A stretch of 64,000 nt of DNA, taken from the IMG/VR virus record IMGVR_UViG_3300033146_000958. One strand, 5' to 3'. Position 1 is the stretch's first letter. The number at the start of each line of letters is the position of its first letter. The notes under the pieces were generated by a model. The model made no database searches. It was given only the letters and a program-made list of their open reading frames with translations, and was not told the DNA's origin. Origin of the DNA: an uncultured virus (IMG/VR IMGVR_UViG_3300033146_000958) (taxonomy: Duplodnaviria > Heunggongvirae > Uroviricota > Caudoviricetes). Shown piece after piece: positions 59,439 to 64,000 of the stretch. Position numbers and translations under genes: made by a program.

Positions 59439-60208
59439 TACTTTTTACTTTTAATAATATTAGATCCTGCATACATAATAATAGGTATACCAAAATATTT
59501 CATCTCGAATTTACATATCATTACATTTTTCTTCACTTGATATGCATTAATTTTTATATCCGAATTAATATCAAGTTTAAATGGAAGAGATGTAATCTTT
59601 GAAGATACAGAAGGCATTTCTGTATTTAATTCAATATCTTTAACTAAATTGGATGTATTTTCTTTATTAATAGTTTCTGTTACAAGACTTCCCTCAAACT
59701 TATCCATATTCCAAATAATAAATTCACTATCAAATCCTTCAGTGATAGCCTTAATACGTTTACACATATAAGAATTTATTTCAGTTGAAAAGATAAGATC
59801 TTCTTCTTTTAATGTGAACATTTTTGAAAAATCACTATCCAGAATATATTGATTATCCAAAAACTTTTTAATTGGGATTCTAAATGATAATGTTGAAAAA
59901 TCATCAATAAAACGATAATCATTTTTATCAAATTCAACTATGATATTATTCTCACCATCACTCTCAGGCGCGCTATCATCTAACTCAAATGATTTTAATA
60001 ATAACATTTTTGTTTTCAATAAACCTAATGTTAATGATGATTCACCAAGAACTGAAGTTAAATCAATTTCAATAGTACAATATCTATCATTTGTTTTTTG
60101 TCTTACCAATCCATCAACTATATCACAATCAGTACAAACATCTTGAAATAGTTTAAGTGTATTAAGAAATTTTGAAAAGTCTTGTCGTTTGATTGTAATT
60201 GTATCCAT
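59438..60208 (-). CDS. putative DNA sliding clamp
   Basis: 256 aa, acidic, two alpha/beta repeats, between primase-like and FEN genes; inferred from size and context. Confidence 0.45.
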   Translation of the reverse strand: MDTITIKRQDFSKFLNTLKLFQDVCTDCDIVDGLVRQKTNDRYCTIEIDLTSVLGESSLTLGLLKTKMLLLKSFELDDSAPESDGENNIIVEFDKNDYRFIDDFSTLSFRIPIKKFLDNQYILDSDFSKMFTLKEEDLIFSTEINSYMCKRIKAITEGFDSEFIIWNMDKFEGSLVTETINKENTSNLVKDIELNTEMPSVSSKITSLPFKLDINSDIKINAYQVKKNVMICKFEMKYFGIPIIMYAGSNIIKSKK

Positions 60209-60240
60209 ACTTTTTTATCTCCTGTGTGTTTAATTAATAG

Positions 60241-60600
60241 TTATTCGACTTCTTTCAGTTTTTTTATTATATCCAAATAAATAAAATTATCATTTTTATC
60301 AAGTCTGCAATAATCTAAATGTACTAAAATCTCTTCTAATTCTTTTACTAATGTCATTATACGTTCTATATTTTGTACTTTCCCACTTTCCTCTTTTACT
60401 GTAAATATAATTCTAATACTTTCAAGACCATCTAATGTAGTTTTGATTGGTGCAATAAACATATCCTTATATGAAAACAATTTATTATTTTTTTCACATT
60501 CTTCAATAACCTCACGAACTGGAATAGCTTCATCTAATGTGATACCATTGGTTAAAGTATCTTTAAAAACTTTTTGTATTTTTTGTGATTGTCGAGACAT
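60241..60600 (-). CDS. hypothetical protein
   Basis: 119-aa ORF with GGAG RBS. Confidence 0.6.
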   Translation of the reverse strand: MSRQSQKIQKVFKDTLTNGITLDEAIPVREVIEECEKNNKLFSYKDMFIAPIKTTLDGLESIRIIFTVKEESGKVQNIERIMTLVKELEEILVHLDYCRLDKNDNFIYLDIIKKLKEVE

Positions 60601-61594
60601 CTTTTAAATCTCCTCCATTTAGTGGAAGTAAAGGAAATGTTCCAAAATCATTTCCACTTCTATTATAATATATATTTAAATTCTTTAAAATGTGTTTACT
60701 TTTAGGATAAAATTTTCTTGAATAATCATGTAATGTTTTATCTTTATCAGAGAGTATTATTACTTCTGGTTGAAATAATTGATGGTCAAAACATACAGAT
60801 TTTAAAACTGATGTATATAAAAAACTATTACATGCTATATATAATTTAATATCATTTTTAATTTTTAAACTATCTTCTGAATATTCCCCTAATATATTAA
60901 ATACTCCTTCAGACATTATTATTTTATTTGATTTCGGATTACCCCCTCTAATACAATAATAATCACTCATTTCTAATACATCATCTTGAAGTATTATTTT
61001 TTTAAATTTAATACCATTATCATTACTATCGATATTTCTACATATTATATATCTATGATTGTAACATAAAAAACAAACAAATTTAGATTGAAAATAATCA
61101 GGATATATATCTTCAGGCATTTTAAGATTATTAATTCTGAAAAATTCAAATATATCAAATATTAAATTTGGTATATTTTCAGGATTCAACTTATAATTAC
61201 TTCTTTTTTTAATATATTCTCGTTTTGGTAGAAATTGATCATATCCAATTTCTGGTAATTTGTATCTAATAACTCTTTTTCCTGTAGTAGTTTTAACTAT
61301 TATTCCTTGCCGCTTTTTTTCTTCATTATCTAATGATTCTTTACTAAAATATTTATGAGGATCTATTTGTTTTCCAGTAAGTTTTTTAATAAATGTAGTA
61401 GTTGGTGCTGCATAATCACAAAGAAAACAATGACATATATTTTTATCAGTTGATATATATAAATGATGTGCCTTTCTTTCATCTTTATGATCACCACAAA
61501 TAGGACATTTACATAGAAAAGTTTTACCTTGACTCGATTCTCGAACAAAAATCCCTTTTTCTATAAGTAGATCTTTCAATAATTGTGTTTTCAT
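60563..61594 (-). CDS. DNA primase-like protein
   Basis: CPICGD...HLYI...CHCFLC zinc ribbon; TOPRIM-like SEGVFN and SDKD; DFG. Confidence 0.75.
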   Translation of the reverse strand: MKTQLLKDLLIEKGIFVRESSQGKTFLCKCPICGDHKDERKAHHLYISTDKNICHCFLCDYAAPTTTFIKKLTGKQIDPHKYFSKESLDNEEKKRQGIIVKTTTGKRVIRYKLPEIGYDQFLPKREYIKKRSNYKLNPENIPNLIFDIFEFFRINNLKMPEDIYPDYFQSKFVCFLCYNHRYIICRNIDSNDNGIKFKKIILQDDVLEMSDYYCIRGGNPKSNKIIMSEGVFNILGEYSEDSLKIKNDIKLYIACNSFLYTSVLKSVCFDHQLFQPEVIILSDKDKTLHDYSRKFYPKSKHILKNLNIYYNRSGNDFGTFPLLPLNGGDLKDVSTITKNTKSF

Positions 61595-61932
61595 TCTGAA
61601 TCCATTAACGCAGATAACATTAAAGAATATACTCCATCATCACCCATTGTCTCTGCACATTTTTCACCAACTTTATCAGTCTCTGATGTGAATCTCAGAG
61701 TTATAAATCGGATAAGTTTATCCAATTTCCTTACTATTATCTGATATGCTATATGATCTTCTGGAGTTTTTAAATTTAATTCTTTTCCTTCTAATATCAA
61801 ATGTATCAATTCTCCTGATTTTATATATGAACATCCATAATTAGAATTTTTATCAATAAACAAATCTTTTTTATCTTCAAATAATTTTTTTACTTTTTCT
61901 ATTTGTTGTGAATAATCAATCTTTTCAATCAC
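61591..61932 (-). CDS. nucleotide-modification-associated domain protein (DUF1599/Nmad1-like)
   Basis: LF.DKNSNYG.SY...RKLDKLIR...ETMGDDGVYSLM. Confidence 0.65.
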   Translation of the reverse strand: MIEKIDYSQQIEKVKKLFEDKKDLFIDKNSNYGCSYIKSGELIHLILEGKELNLKTPEDHIAYQIIVRKLDKLIRFITLRFTSETDKVGEKCAETMGDDGVYSLMLSALMDSE

Positions 61933-61989
61933 GTTTTATATACCTCCTTTTAATTTTATTCATATACTACATTTTATGGATCTTTTATA

Positions 61990-62003
61990 CTATATATATA
62001 AAT
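61990..62003 (+). promoter_or_regulatory. putative early-class promoter CTATATATATAAAT
   Basis: Motif shared with 18289 and 32174; divergent intergenic region. Confidence 0.4.
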
Positions 62004-62055
62004 ATTAAAGTACCATTTATTATTATATTAATTTTATTTGAGAGAGATATTAAAA

Positions 62056-63435
62056 ATGACTAACGATATAAGAAAGAAAATTAATCCTACTATAATGGTA
62101 GTGATTAATGCATTATTGGAGAATAATTATCAAGTATATCTTATAGGTGGGGCAGTTAGAGATTATCTTTTGGGTAATAATCCGAAAGATTTAGATTTTG
62201 AAGTTTTTAATTGTTCATATGAAAAACTTGGAAATATACTTAAATTGTTTGGAAAAGTAGAATGGGTAGGAAAATCTTTCGGAGCATTTAAATTATGGAT
62301 TGATCATATTGATTATGATTTTAATCTTCCTAGAATCGAAAGAAAAGTATCCATAGGATATAAAGGATTCGAAGTTGATTGTAATTCTGAATTATCATTG
62401 AAAGAAGCGGCGATGCGTAGAGATTTCACATTTAACGCATTGATGTGTTGTATGAGTACTGGGTATATTCATGATTTCTTTAATGGGATCTCTGATATGA
62501 ATAAGGGAATAATTCGCTGTGTTAATAAAAATGCATTCAGTGAAGATCCTTTAAGAGTAATTAGGGCTGCGAGATTTTCTGCCAAATATGATTGGTTAGT
62601 TGATTATAAAACTGCTAAACTTTGTCAAGAAATAACCCATGAAATCCACACAATTTCTAAAGAAAGACTATGGGCGGAAATAGTATATTTAATTAAATAT
62701 GCGAAAACTCCCTCTAGATTCTTTTTATTTTTAAATTTAGTAGAATGTATTAATATGTTTCCTGAATTATCTCTTCTTATTAGATTAGAACAAAATCCAA
62801 AGTGGCACCCTGAAGGGGATGTATGGAATCACACTATGATGGTTATTGATAAGGCTAAGGAAATCGCAGATGAAGATAACCTTCAAGGTGAGGATAGAAT
62901 AGTTCTCCTCCTCGCTGCATTATGTCATGATCTTGGAAAGGCATTATGTACCACTACTAACGAGGAAGGAAGAATAATTTCATATGGTCATGATAAACTA
63001 GGAGAGAAACCAACTAGAAGTTTTCTAAAATTGATTGACTGTCCGAATAAAATAATAGAAAGAGTTGTTTCATTAGTAAAGGAACATATGATTTCAATAT
63101 GTAATGGAATGATTTCAGAAAAAAGAATCAATAGATTAGCCAAAAGATTATTTCCTGAAAAAATTAGTATGTTAAATAGAATAGTTAAGGCAGATACTAA
63201 TCCTGCTGTACATGGAAATGGTAAACTTGTGATGATGAATAAATTAATTGAAAGAGCATCATCAATGAATTTATTAAATGATAAACCAACACCAATTGTT
63301 CAAGGAAGACATCTTATAAAATTAGGAATCAAACCTGGTCCTGAAATGGGAAAAATATTGAATGATTGTGAAGAAGCTCAACTTGAAGGTAAATTCAAAA
63401 CATTAGAAGAAGCCATTAAATGGTTGAATGAATAA
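62056..63435 (+). CDS. cca: CCA-adding tRNA nucleotidyltransferase with HD domain
   Basis: GGAVRD, DLD, RRDFTFNA, EDPLRVIRAARF, SKERLWAE, WHPEGDVWNHT, HDLGK; likely start ATG 62056. Confidence 0.93.
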   Translation: MTNDIRKKINPTIMVVINALLENNYQVYLIGGAVRDYLLGNNPKDLDFEVFNCSYEKLGNILKLFGKVEWVGKSFGAFKLWIDHIDYDFNLPRIERKVSIGYKGFEVDCNSELSLKEAAMRRDFTFNALMCCMSTGYIHDFFNGISDMNKGIIRCVNKNAFSEDPLRVIRAARFSAKYDWLVDYKTAKLCQEITHEIHTISKERLWAEIVYLIKYAKTPSRFFLFLNLVECINMFPELSLLIRLEQNPKWHPEGDVWNHTMMVIDKAKEIADEDNLQGEDRIVLLLAALCHDLGKALCTTTNEEGRIISYGHDKLGEKPTRSFLKLIDCPNKIIERVVSLVKEHMISICNGMISEKRINRLAKRLFPEKISMLNRIVKADTNPAVHGNGKLVMMNKLIERASSMNLLNDKPTPIVQGRHLIKLGIKPGPEMGKILNDCEEAQLEGKFKTLEEAIKWLNE

Positions 63436-63437
63436 AT

Positions 63438-63490
63438 GATAAGTTGCCCTTAATGAAATTATTTTGTTAAGGGCAACTTATCTATTTTTT
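63438..63490 (+). terminator. intrinsic terminator
   Basis: 16-bp perfect stem GATAAGTTGCCCTTAA/TTAAGGGCAACTTATC followed by a T run. Confidence 0.85.
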
Positions 63491-63502
63491 AAAGAGGGAC
63501 TT

Positions 63503-63631
63503 ATGGAAGATTTTATTTTTTATTTATTTGTCATACTATCCGTATCTTATATCGGATGGAATATAATTAAAATTGCATTAGAAGAAAAGGAGAACAAAGA
63601 TGAAAAAGAAGAGAAGAAGAAAGATTCCTAA
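63503..63631 (+). CDS. 42-aa single-pass membrane peptide
   Basis: GAGGGA RBS; MEDFIFYLFVILSVSYIGWNII followed by a charged tail; read manually. Confidence 0.5.
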   Translation: MEDFIFYLFVILSVSYIGWNIIKIALEEKENKDEKEEKKKDS

Positions 63632-63737
63632 ATTAAGAATACCTATTCCACCACCAGGACATTCATGGTCTAAGAAAGATTATAATAGAAAAGAGGGTAA
63701 AAAAATTCCCTCTTATTCTTTTTTTATATATCTTTAA
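63600..63737 (+). CDS. 45-aa basic peptide (MKKKRRRKIPKLRIPIPPPGHSWSKKDYNRK...)
   Basis: AAGGAG RBS 7 nt upstream; read manually. Confidence 0.55.
   Translation: MKKKRRRKIPKLRIPIPPPGHSWSKKDYNRKEGKKIPSYSFFIYL
63687..63725 (+). terminator. possible terminator at the convergence of transcription units
   Basis: AAGAGGG/CCCTCTT stem followed by a T run. Confidence 0.5.
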
Positions 63738-63757
63738 GGAGTTTCCATTTTATTTGT

Positions 63758-64000
63758 TCATATTGTTTTATAGGAACTATTTCAATTATAGAAAATTGAT
63801 TTATATTAATATTCATTAATCTTTTTTGTTTAGTATTATAATATTTAATTACTAACAAACCGGGTATAGAATAATTATCAGGATCAATTAAAATCAATCG
63901 TTCAATTAATCCAGTTATCCATCTTCCTTTTCCTCCACACCTATAATTGACTTTACAAACCTGATTAATAAAACTTTTAATATTATCTCTTTCTTCAATA
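63758..64000 (-). CDS. hypothetical protein, 5' end outside the window
   Basis: Open frame ...IEERDNIKSFINQVCKVNYRCGGKGRWITG...IVPIKTI*. Confidence 0.55.

Noticed and set aside
20868..61548. Short same-strand alternative-frame ORFs (20868-21113, 43881-44093, 47735-47944, 61363-61548)
   Set aside because: Nested in or heavily overlapping real genes, with no motifs; 47735-47944 could be partly real but is unsupported
1..64000. Stop-codon reassignment, as seen in some large phages
   Set aside because: Long conserved genes are intact under code 11, and TAA, TAG and TGA all terminate genes at sensible positions
1..64000. Bacterial chromosome origin (rpoB, rpoC, gyrA, gyrB, recA, tal, groES present)
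   Set aside because: The genes are highly diverged, lack ribosomal-protein context and are interleaved with baseplate, PAAR and neck genes
1..64000. tRNA, rRNA or CRISPR arrays
   Set aside because: No cloverleaf or T-loop signatures and no repeat-spacer periodicity seen in any intergenic gap

Overview
This is a 64-kb segment of a very AT-rich (roughly one quarter G+C by eye), gene-dense jumbo myophage genome, translated with the standard bacterial code. Almost all genes lie on the minus strand; only 32234-33930 and 62056-63737 are convincing plus-strand genes. It encodes replication, recombination and repair functions: Rad50/Mre11-like nuclease, SF2 helicase, type IIA topoisomerase A and B (B carries an HNH intein), SSB-like protein, RecA/UvsX, RuvC-like resolvase, 5'-3' exonuclease, clamp-like protein and primase-like protein. 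It also encodes nucleotide and auxiliary metabolism (class III RNR NrdD/NrdG, QueD, transaldolase, CCA-adding enzyme, LigD phosphoesterase), a contractile-tail baseplate cluster (gp5 spike, PAAR, gp53-like, amidase, gp13-like neck), an actin-like ATPase, GroES and GIY-YIG homing endonucleases. The most notable content is an apparently self-contained transcription system. It consists of unsplit beta (1390 aa) and beta' (1009 aa) RNA polymerase subunits, a divergently transcribed 465-aa candidate sigma-like specificity factor, and two recurrent intergenic motifs (AGAACAAAWWWAAA and CTATATAYATWAAT) that behave like late and early phage promoters. A four-member paralog family of unknown function (TYEQLL motif, hydrophobic segment, Cys pairs) is also dispersed through the late operons. 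All assignments come from reading motifs by eye; no database searches were run.
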